DNA from: Patescibacteria group bacterium
GTDB taxonomy: Bacteria > Patescibacteriota > Minisyncoccia > 2-02-FULL-40-12 > IGHO2-01-FULL-4-A
Assembly: GCA_038057175.1 (NCBI GenBank)
Contig: JBBUDS010000001.1
Span: forward strand, 1-29,817
DNA length: 29,817 nucleotides
Direction: 5' to 3'
Positions 1-8,675 of the stretch are shown piece after piece. The notes below the pieces were generated by a model. It had not been told where the DNA came from. It made no database searches and saw nothing but the letters and a program-made list of their open reading frames with translations. Made by a program: the position numbers and the translations under genes. Every line of letters begins with the position of its first letter. Position 1 is the first letter of the stretch.

Positions 1-272
1 CTTAGCACCCAAGGTTGGTTTCCTTGACCTGCGCCCGTCGAAGGGCCGAATATTTTAATTGACTGTGCTTGTATATTTATAAACAGTCCTTCGCGGCCGT
101 TATTTTCCGAATAAAATACTTTGTAGTTGCCGGTTTCGATTGCTTCCAGAGCGTTGTTGCCATTCATAGCCTCGTCGGGATAGAGGCCCGGTGGTGTCGA
201 GGTGATACTTTGAAATCTAAAAAATATAGCGACGATAATTATCAAGACGATTATGGGCCAATGTTTATTCAT
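1..272 (-). CDS. Partial (runs off window) ArnT/PMT-like (GT83/GT39) membrane glycosyltransferase, N-terminus
   Basis: Not in the ORF track. Manual minus-strand translation from ATG at 272: MNKHWPIIVLIIIVAIFFRFQSITSTPPGLYPDEAMNGNNALEAIETGNYKVFYSENNGREGLFINIQAQSIKIFGPSTGAGQGNQPWVL. This is a TM helix followed by the PPGLxxDE motif typical of this family. Confidence 0.8.
   Translation of the reverse strand, partial: MNKHWPIIVLIIIVAIFFRFQSITSTPPGLYPDEAMNGNNALEAIETGNYKVFYSENNGREGLFINIQAQSIKIFGPSTGAGQGNQPWVL
22..45 (-). repeat. REP-like short element CCCTTCGACGGGCGCAGGTCAAGG, in frame (PSTGAGQG) in the glycosyltransferase
   Basis: 17 of the first 21 nt match the element at 1803-1823 (CCCTTCGACAAGCTCAGGGCA), read in the same PSTxxGQ frame. 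Confidence 0.6.
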
Positions 273-313
273 TACTATATAATATCATGAAAATTAAATA
301 ATCGATCAACAGG

Positions 314-342
314 TTGACAATCTACGCATAGCATATTAAGAT
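314..342 (+). promoter_or_regulatory. Sigma70-type promoter
   Basis: TTGACA (314-319), 17 bp spacer, TAAGAT (337-342), upstream of the ORF at 370. Confidence 0.6.
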
Positions 343-369
343 TCGTATAGACTATTTCGCGGAGGTTTT

Positions 370-582
370 ATGAAATTATTAGTTGAATTCCCGATAGATA
401 GGTTTGGTCACATGATTAATTCGGGGTTTATTACCGAGGAAGGTATAGCCAAGAAGATTAGTGATATTTTGATTCATTCTTTGGCTGGTTTGGCGGCAGA
501 TGTAAAAGTTTTCCATGTTCCCGAGCCCAAGACCAGACACGAGGATTTTAAAGTTTCAGTTGAGGATGGCAGGATAAGTTAG
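370..582 (+). CDS. Small hypothetical protein (70 aa)
   Basis: GGAGG RBS at 361-365, promoter upstream, fills the intergenic gap. No recognised motif. Confidence 0.55.
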   Translation: MKLLVEFPIDRFGHMINSGFITEEGIAKKISDILIHSLAGLAADVKVFHVPEPKTRHEDFKVSVEDGRIS

Positions 583-626
583 CGTCACCATTGGTGGCGT
601 TTTATTTTAGGTGTATAATTAGATTA

Positions 627-1076
627 ATGTCAGAAGGAGGAGTTCCAAACGGTTTACTCGAACAAGAGATAGCTCAAATTGAGCGGGATTTAGCGTCCAA
701 GAGGGCGGCACTAGAAGAACAGCAACGAGCCGGTACGATAAAGGATCTACCGCATGAAAAGGAAACTCTTCGTGAAGTAGTGCGCGAGCAATACGCTATG
801 CCTGCACCGACCGTGCAGCAGCCAACTCCTTTAGCGAGTTCGGGACAAACAATTACGCCTCCTCCGCCAGTAGCGGATTCTCCTTCGTATCTTTCGCCGG
901 AACTCAAAGAAAAGGTTCAAGAACTGGTTAATGTTGCTTTTTCTCAAACTCCGGATGCCGCTATTAAGCAGGCCTTGGCAACCAACAATGCTGCTCTCAT
1001 AGATGCATTTCACGATGCATTAATAGATGAATTATATAATCATTTATTAGAACGCGGGAAGCTCCAGAGACTCTGA
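627..1076 (+). CDS. Hypothetical protein: N-terminal coiled coil, Pro-rich linker, helical C-domain
   Basis: ORF track 591-1076; ATG at 627 (MSEGG) is the more plausible start. Directly upstream of the ATPase. Confidence 0.75.
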   Translation: MSEGGVPNGLLEQEIAQIERDLASKRAALEEQQRAGTIKDLPHEKETLREVVREQYAMPAPTVQQPTPLASSGQTITPPPPVADSPSYLSPELKEKVQELVNVAFSQTPDAAIKQALATNNAALIDAFHDALIDELYNHLLERGKLQRL

Positions 1077-1098
1077 TTTTACTAATGTATAAACGTAA

Positions 1099-3540
1099 AT
1101 GATATTATTGATAATTTTACTTATTATCATAATCTTAATCGCTATTGCGGCTTTTGTTTTGGTTGGTGGCATGCGTACACGCGGACAGGTAGAGAGGGCG
1201 CTTAATATGACATTATTTTTAATTCGCGTGCCCAGAGATTTACCGACCTCCGGTTCTGGTCAGCAGAGATCAGAAAAAGAACTTATTTCTATAGGTGAAC
1301 AGCTATTGGCAGGTTTTTCCAGTATACATTCCAAAGGTTGGAATAAATTTATTTATGGGGAACCCTATGTGGCACTCGAAATGGCCGTTCACCATGTTGG
1401 TGAAGAAACCCATTTTTATATTGCCGTGCCTAGAAGCAATCAAGATATAATAGAAAAGCAAATTTATGGTTTATATCCAACGGCAGAAGTTAGTAAATCT
1501 AAGGATTATAATATATTTAATCCACAAGGCGCAACAGCTGGTGCATATTTGAGTTATAACAATTCGCCGGTTTTACCGATCAGAACGTATCAAAAAATGG
1601 AATCAGATCCTATCGGTAGCATCCTTACTTCAATGTCGAAGTTGCAAGCCGAGGGAGAAGGTGCGGCTTTGCAGATTTTGATTAGGCCAAGCCACGCCGA
1701 CAATCAAAAATCCTTAGCCGTTAAGGTTTCGCGTGAGATGCAATCCGGATATCAGTTTAAGGAGGCGATGCAGAGAGCGCAAAATCCACCTAAGCCTAAA
1801 GCCCCTTCGACAAGCTCAGGGCAGGCACCAGAACAGCATCCGCCAGCTGGCGGACCGAAGGTAGTAACTCCGACAGATGACGAGATTATTAAGGCAGTAG
1901 CCGGTAAGGCTAGTAAGTCTAGTTTTGACGTTAATGTTCGTTTGGTGGCTTCGGCGGCATCTGATATCCGTGCCCAGCAGATTCTTCAGGATTTCGAGGG
2001 TTCTTTTGTTCAATTTTCTTCGCCAGATATCAATGGTTTGAGATCAAATAAATTAACAGGTGGTAATTTGGATAAGATGATATACAAATTTTCATTTAGG
2101 CTTTTTGACAATAGCCAGTTATTGACTATGTCTACCGAGGAGATTACCAGCCTTTATCATTTGCCTGTTGCCACAACCAATGCTCCCAAGGTTAAGTTTC
2201 TTAGATCTAAGCCCGCTGAACCGCCACCTAATTTACCACAAGAAGGAATTGTGCTTGGACGTAATGTATTTCGCGGGCAAGAGTTACCAATACGTATGAC
2301 CGATGAGGATCGCCGCAGGCATCTTTATGTAATCGGGCAGACTGGTACCGGTAAGTCAACGTTGATGAAGGCTATGCTTCGACAGGACATAGAAAACGGC
2401 AAGGGGGTTTGTTTAATTGACCCGCATGGTGAATTTGCCGAGTTCGTTTTGTCAGTTACTCCAAAGGAAAGAGCTGACGATGTTATTTATTTTGATCCCG
2501 GTGATATCGAGAGACCGATAGGCTTGAACATGTTAGAAATAGATCCTGTGCATCCGGAGCAGAAAACGATGGTTATAGATGAGCTGTTTGGTATTATGGA
2601 CAAGCTTTATAATCTTAAGGAGACTGGCGGACCAATGTTTGAAAAATATTTTAAAAACTCCCTGTATCTATTGTTGGATGATTATGAACATGATATTCCC
2701 ACGCTTTCCGATATTTCTCGCGTGTTGAATGACGATGATTATAGAGCGGATAAATTAAGTCGTGAAAAGAATCCTTTGGTCAAAGAATTTTGGCAGTTAG
2801 AAGCAGAGAAGGCCACCGGAGATCAGAGCCTTTCCAATTTTTCGCCGTATATTACCTCAAAGTTAAATAATTTTATATTTAACGAATTTTTACGGCCGGT
2901 TATTAATCAGAAAAAAAGTGCCATAAATTTTCGTGAAGTCATGGATAATTCCAAGATTTTGATTGTGAATTTATCCAAGGGCAAGATTGGAGATCTCAAT
3001 GCTAATTTTATTGGTATGTTGATTGTCGGCAAGTTGTTACGAGCGGCGTTATCGCGCATAGATATAGCGGACGAGATGGCTCGCAAGGATTTTTATCTTT
3101 ATATAGACGAGTTTCAAAATGTTACGACCGATAGTATTACTACGATTTTGTCGGAGGCGCGTAAATATCGTCTCGATCTTATAGTTGCGCATCAATTTAT
3201 AAAACAATTAAAAGAAAACATTCGTGATGCCGTGTTTGGTAATGTTGGCTCAATTGTAACCTTTAGAATCAGTCCGGACGATGCGGAGTTTATGAAAAAT
3301 AAATTTGCGCCGGTTTTTAGCGAGCAAGACCTTATGAATATTGATAATCTTAATGCGTATGTTAGCCTTTTAGTTAATGGACAGACAACGCGTCCGTTCA
3401 ATGTTAAAATAGAAACAGAAAGAGTGTTCGGTGCTGGCTCAGCTGATGATGCCGCAGAATTGCGCCAAATGTCGCGATTGAAGTACGGCCGTCCGCGAGC
3501 GGAAATTGAAGCCGAAATTATGGCCGGGCGCAATGTTTAG
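1099..3540 (+). CDS. Membrane-anchored VirD4/TraD/TrwB-HerA-like P-loop ATPase (type IV coupling-protein-like)
   Basis: N-terminal TM helix; HLYVIGQTGTGKS Walker A; LIDPHGE; LYIDEFQN Walker B; SEARKY..LIVAHQ motif. Confidence 0.85.
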   Translation: MILLIILLIIIILIAIAAFVLVGGMRTRGQVERALNMTLFLIRVPRDLPTSGSGQQRSEKELISIGEQLLAGFSSIHSKGWNKFIYGEPYVALEMAVHHVGEETHFYIAVPRSNQDIIEKQIYGLYPTAEVSKSKDYNIFNPQGATAGAYLSYNNSPVLPIRTYQKMESDPIGSILTSMSKLQAEGEGAALQILIRPSHADNQKSLAVKVSREMQSGYQFKEAMQRAQNPPKPKAPSTSSGQAPEQHPPAGGPKVVTPTDDEIIKAVAGKASKSSFDVNVRLVASAASDIRAQQILQDFEGSFVQFSSPDINGLRSNKLTGGNLDKMIYKFSFRLFDNSQLLTMSTEEITSLYHLPVATTNAPKVKFLRSKPAEPPPNLPQEGIVLGRNVFRGQELPIRMTDEDRRRHLYVIGQTGTGKSTLMKAMLRQDIENGKGVCLIDPHGEFAEFVLSVTPKERADDVIYFDPGDIERPIGLNMLEIDPVHPEQKTMVIDELFGIMDKLYNLKETGGPMFEKYFKNSLYLLLDDYEHDIPTLSDISRVLNDDDYRADKLSREKNPLVKEFWQLEAEKATGDQSLSNFSPYITSKLNNFIFNEFLRPVINQKKSAINFREVMDNSKILIVNLSKGKIGDLNANFIGMLIVGKLLRAALSRIDIADEMARKDFYLYIDEFQNVTTDSITTILSEARKYRLDLIVAHQFIKQLKENIRDAVFGNVGSIVTFRISPDDAEFMKNKFAPVFSEQDLMNIDNLNAYVSLLVNGQTTRPFNVKIETERVFGAGSADDAAELRQMSRLKYGRPRAEIEAEIMAGRNV
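1803..1854. repeat. Two adjacent REP-like elements in frame in the ATPase linker
   Basis: CCCTTCGACAAGCTCAGGGCAGG (1803-1825, PSTSSGQA) and the perfect 16-bp palindrome TCCGCCAGCTGGCGGA (1839-1854, PPAGG). Confidence 0.75.
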
Positions 3541-3565
3541 TGTCGTTTTCTTTTGACGATTTATT

Positions 3566-4213
3566 ATGTCACGTAAAGATATTTTTATAACAATTCTGGT
3601 GGGTATTTTTACGGGTCTTATTTGGACGGGTATTTTTGTGCGACTTGGAACATTTGATGGATTTGGGGTGGGTGGTGCGGTTTGGGGATTAGTAGTGGTT
3701 GTACCAATAATATTTGTTTTCGGACTATATTTGGGGCGGTGGCTATCTAAATTTGCTAGTTTTTTTAGTTCTTTTGCAAAATTCGTCATGGTCGGGTTTT
3801 TTAATGCTGGCATAGACTTAGGCATTTTTAATTTACTGATGTTTTTAACGGGCATTGAGCGTGGAATATCTGTGTCGTCTTTCAAGGCCGCGGCTTTTTT
3901 GGCAGCCCTCATTAATAGTTATTATTGGAATAAACACTGGGCTTTTAAAGCTTCTGAAACGAAAGAAGGGACAAGAGAGTTTAGTAAATTTGCCATGGTT
4001 AGCGTAGGCGGTTTAGTTGCGAATGTTGGAGCTACTACTTTAATTATACTGATTTTCATACCGCAATTTGGTTTTGCTCAGCTTAGCTGGAATAATCTTG
4101 CCGCTGTTGTCGGTAATATTGCCGGTCTGATCTGGAATTTTATCGGGTATAGATTTATTGTTTTTAAGTCAAACGGAAGGGTTACTTCAAATGGACAGTC
4201 GGAGCAACAATAA
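3566..4213 (+). CDS. GtrA-family membrane protein (lipid-linked glycan flippase-like)
   Basis: FAKFVMVGFFNAGIDLG, NSYYWNKHWAF, WNFIGYRFIVF motifs; hydrophobic. Confidence 0.85.
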   Translation: MSRKDIFITILVGIFTGLIWTGIFVRLGTFDGFGVGGAVWGLVVVVPIIFVFGLYLGRWLSKFASFFSSFAKFVMVGFFNAGIDLGIFNLLMFLTGIERGISVSSFKAAAFLAALINSYYWNKHWAFKASETKEGTREFSKFAMVSVGGLVANVGATTLIILIFIPQFGFAQLSWNNLAAVVGNIAGLIWNFIGYRFIVFKSNGRVTSNGQSEQQ

Positions 4214-5489
4214 AAATATTTGGTATTGGGTAATATTTGATTTCGCTAATTCGCTGGGTAACATTACCCTTGCTTTTTATTTTACCCTCTGGTTTGTAGC
4301 CGATCTTGGTGGAGCTGATATCTGGGTTAGCGGAACGCTGGCCTTGGCAACTATTGTTTTGTTGTTAACTTTGCCGGTTTTGGGTTCTATTTCTGACCGC
4401 CTTCGCCGCAAGATGCCCTTTTTTAGGGTGTTCACTATTTTAGGCATCAGCTCTTTAATGGCCTTGGGTATTGTTGCCGGAAAGATCAGTGTGCTAACAT
4501 TCCCTTCGATTATTTTAATAACCGGTTTATATTTCTTGTTTCAGTACTTTTTTCAAGGCAGCTTTGCTTTTTATAACTCGTTTTTGCCAGATTTAGCGGT
4601 AGGCCGATCTCTTGAGAAGATTTCCGGTTTCGGTATAGCGGCCGGTCAGCTTGGCAACGTCGTTGGTCTTGCCATCGCGTTGCCATTCGTTAGCGGCACG
4701 TTTTCACTTTTCGGGTTTAGTGGTAGGTCGGTAACTTTTTTGGTGGGCGCTATTGGTTTTTTGATTTTTGCTTTGCCGACTTTAATCCGCCTCAAGGACA
4801 GGAACGAAATATCAATTGATTCCACCAGCGTTCCCGAATCGCGAATTGCTTTTGGCAAATCCTTCAAAGAAACTATTGCCGATTTAAAGCATATAAGAAA
4901 ATATCCAGGAGTTTTAACCTATCTGATTTCTTACTATTTTTTTTCAGATGCCAGTTTAACCGTTCTTTTTTTTGGGGCTTTATATCTTGAAGTTGTGGCC
5001 GGTCTTAACGATGCCCAAAAAACCATGGTGGGTATAATAAGTCTTGTGTTTACAATATTGGGAGCACTCTTGGCTGAGCGAATGGTTAAAAAACTAGGTG
5101 GTTCCAGGAAGGGATTGGCATTTTTCATAATTTTTGAGGCAATTTTACTTGGTGTTTTTGCATTTTCGACGCACAAAATTCTTTTTAGCGTCATGGTAAT
5201 TTTGAATGGATTTGCTTTTGGAGCGCTTTTCTCGTTATCTAGAGCTTTTTATTCTAAACTGATTCCTCCAGGTCAGCAGGCCAAATTTTTCGGTATCTAT
5301 GTTTTGTTCGAGCGTTCTGCTTCGATCCTGGGTCCGCTTATTTGGAGCCTGACGATAATCGGCTTTGCTTTTTTGGGCAAAGTAGTAAGTTATAGATTAG
5401 CCATGTTTTCGCTGGCTATTATGTTAGTAATTAGTTATGTTATTTTTCGTTTTGTAAAAGAACCCCAAGATGCAAGTCTTATATCGTAA
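4191..5489 (+). CDS. MFS transporter (UMF1/Atg22-like)
   Basis: WVIFDFANS N-terminal motif, LGSISDRLRRK loop, YNSFLPDL, about 12 TM segments. ATG at 4191 preferred over 4158. Confidence 0.85.
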   Translation: MDSRSNNKNIWYWVIFDFANSLGNITLAFYFTLWFVADLGGADIWVSGTLALATIVLLLTLPVLGSISDRLRRKMPFFRVFTILGISSLMALGIVAGKISVLTFPSIILITGLYFLFQYFFQGSFAFYNSFLPDLAVGRSLEKISGFGIAAGQLGNVVGLAIALPFVSGTFSLFGFSGRSVTFLVGAIGFLIFALPTLIRLKDRNEISIDSTSVPESRIAFGKSFKETIADLKHIRKYPGVLTYLISYYFFSDASLTVLFFGALYLEVVAGLNDAQKTMVGIISLVFTILGALLAERMVKKLGGSRKGLAFFIIFEAILLGVFAFSTHKILFSVMVILNGFAFGALFSLSRAFYSKLIPPGQQAKFFGIYVLFERSASILGPLIWSLTIIGFAFLGKVVSYRLAMFSLAIMLVISYVIFRFVKEPQDASLIS

Positions 5490-6621
5490 ATACCGCCCGA
5501 AGACTTTTGAAGAAGTCGAGGGGCAGGAACATGTCGTGCGCACATTGCAAGGTGCGCTTATTTCGGGGCGCGTGGGGCACGCCTATCTTTTTTGCGGACC
5601 GCGGGGAACGGGCAAGACGACAATGGCGAGACTGCTAGCGAAATCTTTGAATTGTGCCAATTTTTCCAAAGTTTCTGAAAGAAACGTTGGTGAAAAATTG
5701 AGCATCCGCCGAAGCCTTGCTTCGCCCTCCAAAACTACAGGTGAAGGACGGGGAGAAGGCGGATACTTCGAACCCTGTAACTCTTGCCATTCATGTTCTG
5801 AAATTAACGAGGGTCGCTCGCTTGATTTAATAGAAATTGACGCCGCTTCAAATAGGGGAATTGATGAAATACGTAATCTTAAGGAATCTGCCCGTGTAGC
5901 AGCAACCGGCGGCCAATACAAGGTTTTTATTGTAGACGAGTGTCACATGCTGACTAAAGAAGCTAATAATGCACTTTTGAAACTGCTCGAAGAACCGCCC
6001 TCGCACGTGATATTTATATTAGCTACTACCGAATCTCATAAATTATTAGACACGATTTTATCTCGTGTGCAAAGGTTTGATTTTAAAAAGATCGCCACCG
6101 ATAAGATTCAAAGCCGTCTCATAACAATAGCGCAAAAAGAAGAAATAAAAACTGATCCGGAGGCATTGGCGATACTAGCTTCTTTTGCGGGAGGCTCATT
6201 GCGAGATGCCGAATCGGCATTTAACAAGGTGATTGCTTATGCCGGCCAAGGGGCGGAAATAAGTTCTGGAGTTGTGGCAGAAATTCTTGGTATCGTGCCC
6301 ATGCAAGTTCATGAAACTCTCAGTAGTTTAATTTTAAGTAAAAAACCGCAAGAAGCCATTAACCAAATTAATGATCTTCATGAGTCTGGCGTGGATTTAA
6401 ATAATTTTCTCAAGCAATTTATTGGATATTTAAGAAATAAACTCATTGGTTTAATAGGTGACAGGCCGTACGTTGTGAGCGTAGCCGTTTCTTCTAATCA
6501 GGCAACGCCGGAGTTTTTAATAAAATCAATCAATGTTTTTATGAAGGCTAGTAGTGAGATTAAGCTTTCGCCGATTCAGCAGTTACCAATAGAGTTGGCA
6601 ATATTGGAACTAACTAAATAA
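5470..6621 (+). CDS. dnaX: DNA polymerase III subunit gamma/tau (short form) with an insertion of about 30 aa in the Zn module
   Basis: LYRKYRPKTF, HAYLFCGPRGTGKTT, EIDAASNRGIDEIR, KVFIVDECHML, NALLKLLEEPP, TILSRVQRF. Confidence 0.97.
   Translation: MQVLYRKYRPKTFEEVEGQEHVVRTLQGALISGRVGHAYLFCGPRGTGKTTMARLLAKSLNCANFSKVSERNVGEKLSIRRSLASPSKTTGEGRGEGGYFEPCNSCHSCSEINEGRSLDLIEIDAASNRGIDEIRNLKESARVAATGGQYKVFIVDECHMLTKEANNALLKLLEEPPSHVIFILATTESHKLLDTILSRVQRFDFKKIATDKIQSRLITIAQKEEIKTDPEALAILASFAGGSLRDAESAFNKVIAYAGQGAEISSGVVAEILGIVPMQVHETLSSLILSKKPQEAINQINDLHESGVDLNNFLKQFIGYLRNKLIGLIGDRPYVVSVAVSSNQATPEFLIKSINVFMKASSEIKLSPIQQLPIELAILELTK
5658..5764. repeat. Tandem palindromic elements inside dnaX
   Basis: Hairpin 1: CAATTTTTC-CAAAGTTTCT/AGAAACGTTG-GAAAAATTG (5658-5700). 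Hairpin 2: closed by ATCCGCC (5704-5710)/GGCGGAT (5758-5764). Confidence 0.7.
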
Positions 6622-7712
6622 TGTCCGAACCATTTCAACCACTCTCTCGGCCGCGCATTAGTTTAAGCCGCTTTGCTTTTTATTTTATTACTTTAGCGGC
6701 TATAGTTTTAATTTATCTTAAATTTTCTGAAGTACAACTAATAAGAGAATTATTTTTACGTTCAAATTTATTTTGGCTCCTCGGAGTTATCGTCACACAA
6801 GCTGTCAGTTATTATTTTATAGCCTTGAATTATCGTGATGTTTTGCGGGTTAAAGATTTGAGCGTCAGCATCAGAGAGCTTTTTCCGGTAACATTTGTTG
6901 TTCAGTTTCTTAATCAGGCACTACCGTCTGCTGGTATTTCCGGGCAGGCATTTTTTATTCAGTATCTTAAAAAATTCAGTCTTACCGTGGCTGATGGTAT
7001 TGGACGTGCGATTTTGGAACTTACCACGCTATATATGTCTTTCGGCGTGTTTTTTATTATTTCAGCCGTAATGATGTTTAGGAGCGGAATAATTGATAAG
7101 CATCCCGAAGCGACTTATTTTATTTATGCTTTTTCATTTTTTGCGGTAATCGCGGTTTCGCTTTTTTTCTTTTTTCAGCGTCGCGGCCGGGGAAAGTTTG
7201 CCCGATGGCTTATAAATAAACTTCATAGGTATTTTGAAAAGAAAAACAAGAAAAAAGGAAAGGATAATTTAAGTGATGGCGATCATTCTTCGCATGTAGC
7301 TATGATTTTTGATCAGTTCAAGGCAACGTTGAATTACGGAGCTTTAAAAAAACGCGGACGTTATTTCTGGATGGCATTTTTTTGGCAAAACATGATTATG
7401 CTGGTTAATGTAGTGACTCTTTATTTTATTTCTTTTGCGATTGGCCATGAAATAAGTTTTGGCGTGGCCTTTATTACTTTTACGCTGACCAAATTTTTAT
7501 CGATGGTTTCTTTTATTCCCGGCGCCCTAGGTGTCTTTGAGGGAGGAATGACTTTGATTTTAATATCCTTTGGCGTATCAGCAGAACCGGCGTTTGCTAT
7601 GACTTTACTTTTGCGAGCCTTTACATTTTGGTTTCCAATGCCGATAGGCTGGATACTGTATCGTTGGTATCTGCATCGTCAGGAATTAGAGAATCCTTAC
7701 GAGTCGGCATAA
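6621..7712 (+). CDS. Lysylphosphatidylglycerol-synthase TM domain / UPF0104 flippase-like membrane protein
   Basis: FLNQALPSAGISG, SFIPGALGVFEG, LLLRAFTFWFP motifs; polytopic. Start overlaps the dnaX stop. Confidence 0.85.
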   Translation: MSEPFQPLSRPRISLSRFAFYFITLAAIVLIYLKFSEVQLIRELFLRSNLFWLLGVIVTQAVSYYFIALNYRDVLRVKDLSVSIRELFPVTFVVQFLNQALPSAGISGQAFFIQYLKKFSLTVADGIGRAILELTTLYMSFGVFFIISAVMMFRSGIIDKHPEATYFIYAFSFFAVIAVSLFFFFQRRGRGKFARWLINKLHRYFEKKNKKKGKDNLSDGDHSSHVAMIFDQFKATLNYGALKKRGRYFWMAFFWQNMIMLVNVVTLYFISFAIGHEISFGVAFITFTLTKFLSMVSFIPGALGVFEGGMTLILISFGVSAEPAFAMTLLLRAFTFWFPMPIGWILYRWYLHRQELENPYESA

Positions 7713-7774
7713 ATAGACTTCTTCAATTAACCGTGGTAGCTTTATTTCAGCACATTTACATTTAGGAGGCTACA

Positions 7775-8320
7775 TTGTCTGATGGGATTACCGATTCTTA
7801 TCGAGATACTCGGAGGGGTGAACTTTACGATGATTTTCTTCTAGCACTGGCTGATTATCTCGCAAAAAAGACTGAGGCGAATCTAACTCTTCTAAAAAAA
7901 ACTGCTAATCTCGTTGATGATGTGCCCAGAGGTTTAATGAGTGGCAGAACTAATTTGGCGCAGGGCTTGGATGATATGTTGAATAAACTTTTAGCCCAGG
8001 ATAAACGGACGTGGGGTAAGCTTCTTGGGACCGCTCTTAATACATATCCGACCAAGGTGTACAAGCGACTGAAGTGTATGTCACCATTTGATGGTCAAGT
8101 TCTGATTGCTGTGGATTATGGAATTGGTTTTGTAAATTTACATGGCGATATTCAGAATTTTTTAGATCACTATATTCAGAGAGATAAAAACATGAAAATC
8201 TACGATGCCGATAAGTATATAGTTGCTATCCCAGAATCTGCATTGACTCAGAGTGATGTTACGTGGTTGCATTGCGGATATTTTGGAGTTAAAGAACCCA
8301 GAAAACAAAGAATTGGTTAA
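7775..8320 (+). CDS. Hypothetical protein (181 aa)
   Basis: TTG start with AGGAGG RBS about 6 nt upstream, followed by a terminator. No motif recognised. Confidence 0.7.
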   Translation: MSDGITDSYRDTRRGELYDDFLLALADYLAKKTEANLTLLKKTANLVDDVPRGLMSGRTNLAQGLDDMLNKLLAQDKRTWGKLLGTALNTYPTKVYKRLKCMSPFDGQVLIAVDYGIGFVNLHGDIQNFLDHYIQRDKNMKIYDADKYIVAIPESALTQSDVTWLHCGYFGVKEPRKQRIG

Positions 8321-8338
8321 TCTTCCTTGTTGCCGGAT

Positions 8339-8360
8339 ACCGCCATAAGCGGTTTTTTTT
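8339..8360 (+). terminator. Intrinsic terminator
   Basis: ACCGC-CATAA-GCGGT followed by a T-run. Confidence 0.7.
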
Positions 8361-8401
8361 ATTTGATTTTTTGATATTTTTTTGTCATAATTTACTTACT
8401 T

Positions 8402-8675
8402 TGGGAGATTGTCCCTGGCCGGGCAGGCTAACTTGCCCCGCCTAAATTTTTGAAAAGTATTTGTCATCAAAGCTGGGAGGTCGTCTAATGGTAGGACTGC
8501 TCCCTTTGAAGGAGTCTATCCTGGTTCGAGTCCAGGCCTCCCAGCTTTGATGGGAATTTCAAAAACTTAGGCGAGTGAGTAGGGCCCCGCCTTAGCGGGG
8601 TAAAACAGCGCCCTGCTTGTCCCGCCAAGGCGGGATGAAAAGGCGAGTATCTTGGTTCGAGTCCAGATCTCCCAG
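8402..8675 (+). pseudogene. Degenerate tRNA-Gln-like shell interrupted by palindromes and enclosing the intact tRNA
   Basis: 5' TGGGAGA (8402-8408) is complementary to TCTCCCA-G (8668-8675). T-loop GGTTCGAGTCC at 8654-8664. D-arm and anticodon-arm fragments in between. No clean 7-nt anticodon loop is recoverable. Confidence 0.55.
8474..8544 (+). tRNA. tRNA-Gln(TTG), CCA not encoded
   Basis: Acceptor TGGGAGG/CCTCCCA, D-arm GTCT-AATGGT-AGGAC, anticodon arm GCTCC-CTTTGAA-GGAGT, T-arm CCTGG-TTCGAGT-CCAGG. Confidence 0.95.

Noticed and set aside
69-290. 73-aa + strand ORF in the track
   Set aside because: It is the antisense shadow of the recognisable minus-strand glycosyltransferase.
5658-5764. 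Intein in DnaX
   Set aside because: Only about 30 aa and no intein terminal motifs (C/S...HN-C/S/T).
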